Shown here: one piece after another, positions 11,263 through 22,830 of the stretch | Numbering within the stretch: position 1 is the stretch's first letter | Layout of the letters: each line of letters starts with the position of its first letter | Source: Octopus sinensis | Lineage: Eukaryota | Assembly (NCBI RefSeq): GCF_006345805.1 | Contig: NW_021832231.1 | Span: 186,001-250,000, forward strand | Direction of reading: 5' to 3' | DNA length: 64,000 bases | Notes under the pieces: model-generated | Database searches by the model: none | Told to the model about the DNA's origin: nothing | What the model saw: only the letters and a program-made list of their open reading frames with translations | Made by a program: the position numbers and the translations under genes

Positions 11263-12944
11263 TTGGAATATAAAAACAGATTGTTAAGATTATCTCAGAA
11301 CAAATTATCTCAGAAGCACTCTCACTTCCGAAGAAGACCTCCCGTAGTTCCGTATCTTCCTCTTTGCACCTCTCTTCCTTGGAAACAAGCACGAGACGAC
11401 TAATCCCGGGAAGGGAATCTAGTCCACAATTAAGTCTCGGGCAGTTTCTTTCGACGAGGAATGCAACAATCTTGTACTTTTTTCCAATTTTGAAAATAAA
11501 AACACCTTACCGTCAATCTTTAATAAAAATATATCTAAAAATGTCTCTGAATTATATTCATATAAAGTTGCAGAGATAATTTACAAAAACTGGTTGCATT
11601 ATTATTTTAAATTATAGGTAATGCCCATTCGATTGTAGAAATGTCATCCATAAGGGGGTGATATAAAAATTGGAAGGGCAAAAAGAATTCCAAAGAGGCG
11701 ATAAAAATAAAGATATAAAAATTGGAAGGGCAAAAAGAATTCCAAAGAGGCGATAAAAATAAAGATTGAGAACCAAATATTTCAGCAAATTGATTCATGG
11801 AATGAAGAAACACAAACAAAAACGACTGATTTTGGACATCAAATGGAACTACAAGAACGAAAGCAATTTCAAATTCAGACAATGCCGAAAGAAAAATGGT
11901 AGGAAAAAGAGTATGGAAAATGAAATTCCTATTTTTAACATCGTCAATAGTTGTCAGAAGAGTGTATGTTGACAGTAGCTTAAAAGCAATTTCAAATAAC
12001 ATAAATGATCACGTTCCTTGTCAAATTTCTCCTACTTCCGGAGATAGTGATATTCGTTTTCCGCGTAGTAATTCTTCATGTGCTGATATATGGGCTGGAA
12101 GGGTGGATCTTGTCCCATTATAAGGCAAAAATTATAAAGCTACTAAAAAACGAGGAGATTAGCGCTCAAGGTGGGCTTTGGCGCAAATCAGAGAGAAAAT
12201 ATCGAGCTGGCACAAAACTTTTCCAATGATTGGTGACCTGGTCGAAAGCCAGTTCCAAAAGTTTCCAAACAAGAGAAGGAAATAGCCATGGAGAACTTCA
12301 TGTGTAAGGCCTACTACTGGCCCTTAATTTTATGTCCGGTATCTCTTTGCGAAAATAAAACCCATCGTATATTATTAGTTCGACACGTTTGCCTTTTTGT
12401 CAATTAGATTTTTGAATCGGTATATTGAGTATCAAGTTTTTTAACGGCTCGTATTTAACCATATCTCATTTTCGACCGGTCAGAATAGTTTTAAAAAATT
12501 CACAAAAAAGTGGGGCTTCAAACTAAACTGAAGAAGTTGTATTGATAAAAAAGAATAGAAAATAAGAAAATACACTCTCAAATAGAAAATGCAAAAATCA
12601 AAATCCATTATTAATAATGCTTATATTAAAATACAAATACTTTCAAAACAATCCATACTAAATGACGAAAGTCTTGAAAGAAAAACAAACATTAAAATAA
12701 TGAATAGTTTGATAAGCATATAAAATACATATATAAATTATAGATTTTCATCATAAATAAATTAAACAGAAAGAAGACAAAAAGAGAGCAACAAACTAAG
12801 CAAGTACGTGTTCTTAGCTTTTTATTTATGTAATTAATGTTTCATAAAAATTTAAATAATTCGAATTAAAAAATTATTAGTTTACTTTTATTGGCATATC
12901 TATTTTTTACGGAAAATGTCTTTGATAATTAAACTTATGCCTCA

Positions 12945-13060
12945 CCAGTCGCCACCTATTGGGATTCGGAATCTCTGGGAGCGCCCGATCGCCGCTGTCC
13001 GCTACCTGATTGCAGCCGGCTTCCTACATGCTAGAGAAGCCGGGGTAACTAACTAACTAA
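12945..13060 (+). mobile_element. Ingi/Vingi-like retrotransposon extreme 3' end with (TAAC)n tail
   Basis: NLWERP..AGF..GCCGGGGTAA matches the 3' end at 18100-18200. Confidence 0.55.
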
Positions 13061-13900
13061 ATAACATAATTCCTAATAAAATAGTATTAAAATACCCTTC
13101 AGCCTTCGGAGTCCACTCTACGAGCTCCACTATCTTCCCGATCTATCATCCCAGGGCCCACACTTCCGTCAGTTTTAAGTCTTTTCGATCCATCCAGAAA
13201 AGGAACATGGTAGGCATCCTCGACAAGTCGACGCACCGCGATCTCTCGGTCACCGATCCCGTTAGCTTCCTCGTATTTTGAGAGTACCTCCTCAACCCGG
13301 GCTTCATAGTCCATTTGCGTAAGACCTCTCCGAAAGTCCATCACAATGCTCTCCATCGTACGCTTAAGCACAATTGATTGCATATAAGCAATCAGATGTT
13401 CCCTCACTCTGATCAAGTCCAAATATTTTTTAAAATATTTAGACACAATGCCATCCCATGTAAGAACAACAGGAATTATATTCACTTTGGCCTTGTGAAT
13501 CAGGGATAATTCATTAGCGAGTAAATCATATTTTCTTAACTTTTCAAGTTCTACTCGCTGTAAATTATCTTGAGAAGTAACTCCCACTTCCACATTCCAA
13601 ATTACGTTCTCTTTTTATCATATACCAATATATCAGGTTTGTTATAACGAACGGTAGAATCAGTCTCGATTCGAGTGTCCACCCGTATCTCAACTCTTTC
13701 ATTCGATATAACCTCCTGCACCGAGTGTGTCTTCAACCTTTTCTGATTCTTCAATCCATAAAGACGACAAAAATAAAGATGCAAACAGCGCACAACTTCA
13801 TTATGACTAACTAAATAACTAAACTTATTTTTAATTATAAATTCTTTACCCGGTTTATCGATCACAAAATGGCTTGACATATTTTAAGTCTGCCCATTCG
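13060..13900 (-). mobile_element. R4/NeSL-like RLE non-LTR retrotransposon 3' part
   Basis: HNEVVRCLHL, NKPDILVYDKK (PD-(D/E)xK), EVGVT..EKLRKYDLLANEL, VLTWDGIV. Confidence 0.88.
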
Positions 13901-14099
13901 GTTTCACAGTACTCTAGAAAACCTCATTTTCCGAGCACTTGAAAAAGTTTGAGAAAAAACTGCACAATAAACTTTCTTTATATTTATAGTTTTTAGTCAA
14001 TTTCAAGTTTATTTGCCAAGAGCAGAGTATCGAAAATGAGACAAGAGCATAGTGAGAATAGATTGAAAAATTCGACGAAAGTGACCGGTATTTACCCGA

Positions 14100-16308
14100 C
14101 CTATCAACTACCACTAACAATTAAAGTCAACGGAAAGTGCTGGAACGTAAAAATGAGGCCTTGAAAGATGCTAATGATGACTTGAAAAAAGAATTGAACA
14201 GAATTAAAAATGAACAGGGAACAATGAAGGACGAATTAGACAGTGTTAGCTAATTTTTCCTTTCAACCACCACTGCTAACACTTTGCCCGCAATAAATGC
14301 GTTTTAGAATCCGCAAAGTCTTCGAAACAAGTCCAACAAAGACGAAGAGCGAATTTACCTACTGGAAAAACAATTGGCCGATATAAAATGACAGCAGACG
14401 ATAGCGACCATAAATACAACCGAGTAAAAATAACACGTAACTGATAAATAGACCAGCAGGAAGTTGATGGTCACTGAAATAGACTTGGAGAGGACAATGG
14501 CTCGTCTCGAATTGGCTGAGAGGTATTTTAGTCCGGGACCCGCTGCGTGGGCAAAGTGTAGCAGTGGTGATGCATGCGGCTAATACTGGCGATTAGGTTC
14601 TAAGAACAAACAAAAACTTGGAATTATCTTGTGATAAATTCGAAGAACAGGCAAATGAATATAAAAAGTCAGTTCATTGGAACTGATTTAGACAACTGAC
14701 GATAGCTACAAACAAACATTCGAACGTCGAATTCAGAATAAAAACATTGGAAGCTCACTCAAATGAGGTTAGTCTTAATCTGTCGCTGCGGTTCCCGGTG
14801 TATTAAAACCAGTTTTATTTATATTTATGTAGTTAGATTATCCAGTTAGAAGATGAGCTAAAAGTTGTTTTAAACAATCTCAAATCTCTTGAGATTAGCT
14901 CTCTTGAGGTACCGAGCTAACAATCCTTCCTTTCTTATTCCCACTAGGTCCCTGGTGCTAACTTTAATTAATTAAACTGACATATTTATTGTAGGCATAT
15001 AACTAGGTAGAAGAATACGAGGCTACAATTAAGAAACTGAGAGAAGATTTGTATGAGGTAATGTGCAGCTTTGCTATGCGGCATAATTTGTCGAGTTTAT
15101 TTGAATTTAAGAGCGAGAAAGGGCAGCAGAGTTCGATAGGATGTTTAATAAGTGTCAGCAAGACATCGATAGGCTAGAAAGTTGCTCCTTTACCTATTTA
15201 CTGACATTCCCCGCTAACACACTCACATAGGCGACCAAATCCAATGAAGAATATTTAAATCGCATGCAACAAATGGAATTTATTCTAAAAATGGCGGAAA
15301 GTCTGTTTTTCTCAATATTTGCTCAGGTTTGCTGGAAAATGAAATTGATACAATCTCATTTGATACATCTGGTGATGAATGCAATGACATGAATTCCATT
15401 TAACTAATATCCATTATTATTGGTCTCTAACCATTCCCTGGATCATTTAACAACACTATTTTTATTTCACTCTAATATATTTATAGAAGAACTGATGTCA
15501 GAGAAAAGAATATACAATGAAATAAGCGCCAATATTGATTTAGAATACGCAAAACTTGGAGGATTCTGACTGAAACTAATTTTCTAACATTACTTCTAAT
15601 TTAATTTCTAACAGTTTTTTTAAACCAAATTAACAATTATTTAAACTATTTTGAGAATTAGGAACAAATGAGAGCAGCAAGATCAGGCGAATATGAGGCA
15701 GTACTTTTTTTGCAAAATTCTTCCAGGAGACATTTTATCAGCCTGGCTTTAGAGACCAGGTCAGCAGATGGCTTTTTTGTTGTTAGTCAACAATTCTTGT
15801 TTGTGGCAAATAACAACTCTTATTATTTGCTTATTTTCAACAATTTGGGATAGATTATTACTTTGACATCGCACATATACTCAACACTATCTTTTTGGTC
15901 GATAAACTGACTGTTCTTGACTAATTTAACAATGATGGGGTTTAAAAGAGTGTTAAAAAATCCGTTTTTCATTATTTGTGACAATCCCGTCAAAAGATAT
16001 TGTAGAAATTTATCTAAAACAACTCGTTTAGAACTCATTTCCCAACAAAAACAAATTTTTTAATAACTCGTGTATGCAATTTACTTCGTTGATAGATTCT
16101 CCGAGAAAAAAATTAACTAATTCGAATCACCTGTTTTAATTATTTTTGTTTGATTAATATTTTTGTCAAAGTAACCATCAAGAATTTCCTTTGATCTTAA
16201 GAATTACTGCAGAATAAAATTGTCGGTATAATCCTAATTTAGCTATATGAATACATTTTTAATTCCTTTGCGAAAACTTTTTATTTTTAATTTTTTGACA
16301 GATTTAGA
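14100..16308 (+). repeat. 2.2-kb segmental duplicate (tropomyosin block), copy 1
   Basis: Colinear and near-identical with ~57335-59535. Confidence 0.93.
14127..15569 (+). pseudogene. TPM: Tropomyosin unprocessed pseudogene, copy 1
   Basis: Exons 14452-14522 (71 nt), 14833-14908 (76), 14995-15057 (63), 15111-15180 (70) and 15487-15569 (83) match conserved tropomyosin exon sizes. Peptides KDEERI, TEIDLERTMARLELAE, LEDELKVVLNNLKSLEIS, DIDRLE, ELMSEKRIYNEIS..LGGF*. Has a frameshift in exon 4 and TAG stops in exons 6 and 7. Confidence 0.93.
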
Positions 16309-16313
16309 TTATA

Positions 16314-17180
16314 CAGTCTAACCCCGGGGTGGGGTACCAAAGTGCCCCAAAAAGCGGGGGTGCCCTTCCAAACAGGGGTCTGGTTCAAACTATTGAATTA
16401 TAGTTTATTTAACTTAAATTTTGGTTTACTTTGCGAACAAAGAACTCTTTCACATCTCTCAAAGTGTTTATATGCCGATAAAACAATAAGTTGTGCTTTT
16501 TTGCTCTATAGTTTGATAGATTTCTATTTTGTTTTTTAATTTGATTTTGATTAAAATAAATCATTATTTTTAAAACATTTTTTTAAAATAATCAGTCAAT
16601 TTCGAATTTTTCTTATTTCTTAAATTTTTTCCAAGTTGAAATCTAAACTCGTAATATTTTTGGAGTGTCTCAAAGATGTATTTTGCGCTACATTTTCCAA
16701 CTTATCCATCATTTCATACGTTTCTAATATCGTTGTTTTGTCCTCTATCCTAGTTCCATTATAAAATTCGCGACTTTTGACTAGATCTTCATTTTTTTCA
16801 GATATTACTTCGGTTATTATTTCTTCCAGGACTTTTTCCCCGCAATTTTTATCTTCAACTAATTCTTCTCTATTTTCCTCAATTTTCTTCCAACAATTAA
16901 TTATTGTTGTTTCTTTAACTTCCATCCACGCTTTTCTAACAAGTACCATAATCTGTCGCATATCTATATTTTTCAAAGATTTAGGATTAATTGTTGTATC
17001 TTCTTTCAAATCGAACATAAAGTCCATTAAAAAGTTTGTGTAATATACTTTAAAACATTTTATTATACCCATGTCTAGAGGTTGAATCAACGATGTTGTG
17101 TTTTTTGGAAGAAAAAACAATTTAACATTTGAGTATTTCAATAAAGAATGGCATGTAGCATTATCCATTATTAAATTTGC
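16314..17180 (-). mobile_element. pogo/Tigger transposon 3' half
   Basis: LIMDNATCH, FLPKNTTSLIQPLDMGIIKCFK; TA|CAGT terminus at 16312-16317. Confidence 0.85.
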
Positions 17181-17239
17181 CTCCCGCCACCAAAACATAA
17201 TCACCGCTTCTGGATTTCTGCAGGAACACATGAACATCT

Positions 17240-18200
17240 TTCGTCCTGGCTGAAATGCAATCTTCTTTCAACCTCTCCTTCAAATATCTGTTACGCTATT
17301 CACAACTGACCGCCGTCAGTTCACTTAGAGCCTATATTCCTGACAACACTCCACTCCCAGTTGAAAAATCCCCCAAATCTTGGGTGGATATTGATTGCTG
17401 TTTGTCCTTCTCGAAACATGTTTAATATCTGTGGAAAATCCCAGAAAAAACTCAATGTGCTCCGAGCTATTGCGGGGACTTCATTTGGGCAGGATAAGGA
17501 AAGTCTAATGTATACAAGCAGTTTATAGAACAACTATGAACTACGCCATCCCTGCTTGGGGTTCCTGCTTATCTAATCCAAACCTTGAAAAACTTCAGAG
17601 AACTCAAAACTCAGCATTACAAATTATTACCGCTGTCAAACGACACCTACCGACCACCTACATTGGGAATCGAAAATCCTTCCATCAGTGACCATTTGAA
17701 ATGCTCGGGCTGCAATTTCTTGACAATGCCGAACCCTAAATCACCCTGGCTACTTCCTCTGGCACTCCACTAACAACAGAAATAGTTCCGACCCTCGCGG
17801 ACAAAGTCCGCAAGCTTATACGATCCTCCGGACATTAACCAGAAGGGATTCACGACCTGGTGGCTACGAGGGCAATCAGATGTCTTGGAATAAACAAGCT
17901 TCGGGACGCTTCCGCCGCCAATTAATAAGATCGAATCCTCCCTCTCAAGAAGCCCGATGAACTTGGCTCGTCTCCGCTGTGGCCACCATACTGGTACACG
18001 ATTATCGCCTAAAAATCGGTCTTGGTGAAATAACCCTTCCTTTCCCTCAACGACCTTTCTCTTGTCCAGGCCCGCCTTCACTTCCTCGGAACACCGGATC
18101 ACGATCGGGGATCTTTGGGAGCGTCGACATTTGCCCTAACGTTCTATTAGCCACCGGCTTCTTCAATTGAGGCCGGGGTAAATAATAAATAAATAACAGC
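17240..18200 (+). mobile_element. Ingi/Vingi-like retrotransposon 3' fragment
   Basis: TLFTTDRRQF..SPK(I)LG..KKLNVLRAIAGTSFGQDKE..NYAIPAW..LARLRCGH; (TAAA)n tail. Same family as 22831-25560. Confidence 0.78.
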
Positions 18201-18419
18201 GGCGAATCATGCAATCAATGAACGACTTATTGATGGAAGCAGCCACCACGAGACATCAGAGGAACCTGTCGTGGACACAAACGCTGTATCCCGGCCATGA
18301 GTCTGGCAAAAGGAGGCAGATCGGAAACAAAAAAGAGGAAGCTGAAATTAAAATTATCTGGGGGTGCTCCAAAAATAGATGTGCCCCAGTGAGGAGGTCC
18401 TCCCCAAATGGATGTTGCA

Positions 18420-18900
18420 CTGTATAATTAATTAATGCTTCTTCTCTTTTCAGGAAAGCTACTTCGTTGACTAATCTGGTTCTTTTTTATATTTTGTTAA
18501 GAAAACTGACTTCTCTTCAGGTTAACTGACACTCCCAACTCTCCTCCAGTAATACGACTATTTGTTTCCTTCGCAACTTGGTGGTTGTCAACCTTCATGA
18601 CATGTCTGTGTACGGAAACCATGCCCTTCAACGTTTCCTCGATTGTCACTGTTTGAATGTACGCCTCAGTCAAAACATCTATACTCAACTTTTTCATTTA
18701 AAACTTGCAGAACTTTGTAACAACTCCATCCCATGTCAATAAGACAGGGATTTGTGCCAATTCTCCATTAAGTGCATCATACTTGTAGAATTTCTCTACT
18801 TCGACTTGCTTCAAGTTGTCTTGGATGTGATCCCAAGTTGGATTATATTTGTCTCATTTTTTGTTTTATTAAAGACACAAATATCTGGCATGTTGTTTTT
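18420..18900 (-). mobile_element. R4/NeSL-like RLE 3' fragment
   Basis: EVEKFYKYDA..LLTWDGVV..AYIQTVTIEETLKGM. Confidence 0.72.
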
Positions 18901-19305
18901 AACTTGACTATCAGTTTGAAACGTGGTGTCTACTCTTATTTAACACAAGTATTTGTCACGACCGACTGAACTGTATATATGTTTAACTTGTGGCGTAAAG
19001 TGAAAACAATTTTTTGCTAAAAAATAAAATAACTAATTATGTTATTAGCTGAAGGATTTTTTAATTTTCTTTAGTGCACGAGAAAGTCTCAAACGAACAA
19101 CCTGATTTTGTCATTCCATGTCGACCTCAGCATTAGAAAGAGAATTATTCCTTTTAGAGAAAAAAACTTTCGAATTTTCGTAATGTAGAAAGGTCTCTGT
19201 GTTTTCAAAATCAGAATAGATTTGGACACTCGCTTTGGCCATTATTTTAATAGGATTCATTGTATTTACGGCACTGGAGCTTACGATATGTTAGAAGATC
19301 TATAC

Positions 19306-21063
19306 AAAAGGGCTGGCCAACCCAAGGCCCGCGGGCCGCATGCGGCCCGCGATGGAGTTTGGTGCGGCCCGCGAGAGAAATTTTTGTATGTAGTTAACCT
19401 ATAAATACATTCAAGATAACTTTTTCTTAAGTTTAATAAAAAATACATAATTTTATAAGTTTAATAAATTTACGTTTATCTATTTTTTGTAGCTGTTTAT
19501 CAATATGAAGAAAAGTAAATTTTTGAAGAAAAAGGCAATTCAGTTCAATCATTGGGAAGAAGATTTACTTTTTTATATGCATAATTCCAAGCCAACATGT
19601 TTAATTTGCAAGGAGAAAGTATCGGTGGTGAAATAGTACAATGTAAGAAGACATATGAACCAAGCATTCCGAATACGCGAAATTTAGTAAGGAATTGAAA
19701 CAGGAAACTGGATTCGCTTAAATCTGAATTGAGAATCAGCAAAGACTATTAAATTCATCGATACACTCTTCTTCTGATACTGTTAAAGCAAGCTACTCTG
19801 TTGCAATGATAATTTCAAAGAGAATGAAATCATTTTCGGATGGAGAATCGCGTAAAAGAGTGTTGGATGCTGTCGTGAAAGACATTTGCCAGATAAAACT
19901 AAAAAGTTTTAAACATTAGCTTGTCACGTCAAACCATATGTCGCAGGGTTTAATGACATTCAAATGAAATTGTGGTGACTTGTGCGTGATCAAATAAAAT
20001 ATTTCAAAGTTATTCTTTGGCTTTGACGAAATGCACGGATCTATCAGACACGTCTCAACTTGTAGTATATATTCGTGGAGTTACCGAATCTTTTCAAGTG
20101 AAAACGAAATGCTTAACCTTGTCAGTTTGAAAGATACTACAAAGGGCGAAGATATTTTCCAAGCTGTTATGAATGTTTATCGCGACAATGGAGCGAATTT
20201 TAGAGACCCTTGCTGGATTTGACAACAGATGGGGCGCCGGCTATGATTGGAAGAAATAAAGGAGTTGTAAGCTAATAATGGATGAGATGGAGTCAAGAAG
20301 CATAAAAATTATTTATTAAGTAATACACTGCTTGATACATCAACACAATTTGTGCGCGCAAGTGTTGTCTATGAACATGTTATGAGTGTGGTTGTAAGAC
20401 TATAAACTTCATTCGTTCTCATGCACTTCAACATCGCCAGTTTAAAGAATTATTGAACGAGTTATATTCTCACTATGGTGATCTTGTGTATTTTTCAATG
20501 TCAGATGGCTGAGTCGCGAAAAATGTTTAAAACGTTTTTTCGACTTGAGAGAAGAAATCAAAAGTTTTATGATGCATAAGAAAATGACATTAACTGAATT
20601 AAATGATGAAGAATGGATGCTAGATCTGTGCTTTTTGGTAGATATAACCGAAAAAATTAATCAATTAAACAAGGAGTTACAGGACAGGATAATTTGATTA
20701 CTAGAATTTTTCACAAAGAGTTGTAAGCTCCTTGGATCTACTTACGTATGTGAATCATTCTTTTCGAAATTAAAGTTTAAGTAAAAGTAGATATAGATCT
20801 TCTTTAACAGATAAAAACTTAGAAAACCAATTAAGATGTGCAACTAGTAATTTGAAGTTGATTTGAAAAATTAAGTGAAGATAAAGACAAACAGATTTCT
20901 CATTGATACGTATAATTGGACTGAATGCTATTTTACTAAATAAAATTCTTATCTGTGTTGTTTTGATATCTATCCTTAGTATGTACATGTATATGCGGCC
21001 CGCGGAAAGGATTCATTTGGACACAAGTGGCCCGCGATGCGATTTGGGTTTGGCCAGGGCCTG
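19306..21063 (+). mobile_element. hAT (Buster/SPIN, GTF2IRD2-like) internally deleted element, copy 1
   Basis: 8-bp TSD ATCTATAC (19298-19305, 21064-21071); TIR (C)AGGGCTGGCCAACCC; BED-like PTCLICKEK..RRH..KH; GLTTDGAPAMIG; STYVCESFFS. Confidence 0.92.
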
Positions 21064-21744
21064 ATCTATACAAAAAAGCCATTCTTCTATTGACGAATTT
21101 CTCATTTTTTGTGTTTCCCGAAAAACCGAATTATTTCTTTAGAAATCCAAAGAATACAAGCGTTTCCAGTTTTATGTGACTGTCTTAACTGATGGAGCCA
21201 GATTCTTTTGACTGTTATCTAGTAAGTAAAATACACCAATTTGTAGGATTTATTGATACGTTCTGGATGTGGTTTTACTGGAAAATTTATCAACTCCAGA
21301 CTGAATGTGACAGCATTGGAGGATTGAAGATCGTAAAAATCGTTGCTTATACGTCGATGCGTCTTATAAATGAGATGAGAGTTCGTTTATAACGTAGTTA
21401 AACTTTCAGAATAAAACGAAGAGAATGCATAAATAAAAATAATTATGCAGCTTTACAAATACCAAAGATCCTTAAATGGAATTAAAAAAGATAAACAGAA
21501 ATTTCCTAGGACAATTTCAAATTAACCTCAGCCAAGTAAAATCAGTTACTTTGCTATTTGGCCAACAGATAATTTGGTTAAAATAATGACTATTTAAAAA
21601 TGATAAGTAATTTATTCTAAAACATTTCGTCCTGTAAAAGCCTGGGACCAGTCCTTCGGTATTTATTTTTGACATTATTGATCCAATCAGTTTGTTTAAA
21701 TGCAAACCAAAATACAGCAACCACCACCCAGCAGTCACAAAAAC

Positions 21745-21920
21745 GCAAAAACTAGAAAATATTCAAAAAAATCACCAGAGAGTAAGTAAGAGAATCCAAA
21801 GAAGGAGGGACTGATTATCAGCATCTTCCGTCGAATTCTTGACACAGATACTCGTGTTTGGTGATGGTGGCGAGTTTTCGAGGTAACTCGGAATCCACAT
21901 CGAGGCAGCAAAACCGAAAT
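21745..21920. repeat. Second copy of the unclassified ~175-bp repeat
   Basis: Matches 10825-10998. Confidence 0.8.
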
Positions 21921-22539
21921 AAATGCGAGTGAAATGGAAAAGAGGGAATGCTAGTTATTAAAATAAACACAAATTTACAAATTTTCCACAATCTTTGTGA
22001 TTTCTCTAGTTTTTTTGTGGTAAAATATTTCATACAAATGTACAAAAACTGTACAATGTGCTGAGAGACAGCGAAAGACGTAAAAATATGTAGAACGTGT
22101 TGAAAGTTCGCTGAGTGCCAAAAAAACGAAATATATACCATATTCTGCTGATTCCCAATCTAATAATATTTCATGGTTTAATACCTAAATGGGACTTGAC
22201 GGGAACTGAAACTGTTTTAGTTAGGTTCTCACATTCCACGTTGACGAGAATAAAACTTTTACTGTTTATGGTCACAAGCAGCAATATAAAAGATAAAAGC
22301 TGTTAAAAATGAATAATATAGATCGTACACAGGTTAGAATGCTGATTATGACTTCAGGAGACTTAAAAATATATGATTTTGAACTTTTCTGCATAAACAA
22401 ATTTAAAGATGGACGGAAGCAAATCTGGAAGTACATACAATTTATTATATTTTTATTTTAGACTTGCCAATTAATATTTTATTTTAGATAATAAATAAAA
22501 TATTTATTTATCGCTCTTCCTCTCGATTAATGTTATTAT

Positions 22540-22760
22540 AGGGGTAGGACTCTTTTTCAAATGCTCCCGTCATTAAGTCGGTTTCGTCGAGTTCTGATTT
22601 ATGTTGTTATCAAGGAAGTTATATTTTCTTCAAAACCGTCGTCCTCCTCTTGGGACATCATTCCATGTTTATAATCGATGTCACATACTTTCAAGAGTCT
22701 TCTTCATGATAATAGTTTGGATGTATGCTCTTACAGGGACTCATTTTCAGACCATTCTGG
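22540..22760 (-). mobile_element. R4/NeSL-like 3' remnant
   Basis: AYIQTIIMKKTLESM parallels TYIQSVVLKRTLESM at ~49750. Confidence 0.5.
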
Positions 22761-22830
22761 TATTGTTTATTATTATTTATTTTTTATTTATTAACTCCAA
22801 GACACCGAGAAATAGGTCAGAACTAACTAA

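Larger units (their letters stand above)
11311..14060 (+). repeat. Copy B of the TE mosaic, with an extra 1.2-kb insertion (12705-13939)
   Basis: Direct alignment to 458-1950; internal ~46-bp tandem duplication at ~11660-11760. Confidence 0.88.

Noticed and set aside
19050-21400. Host gene interrupted by hAT copy 1
   Set aside because: One convincing 25-nt intron-like segment (~21222-21246), but no coherent or recognisable protein could be assembled.
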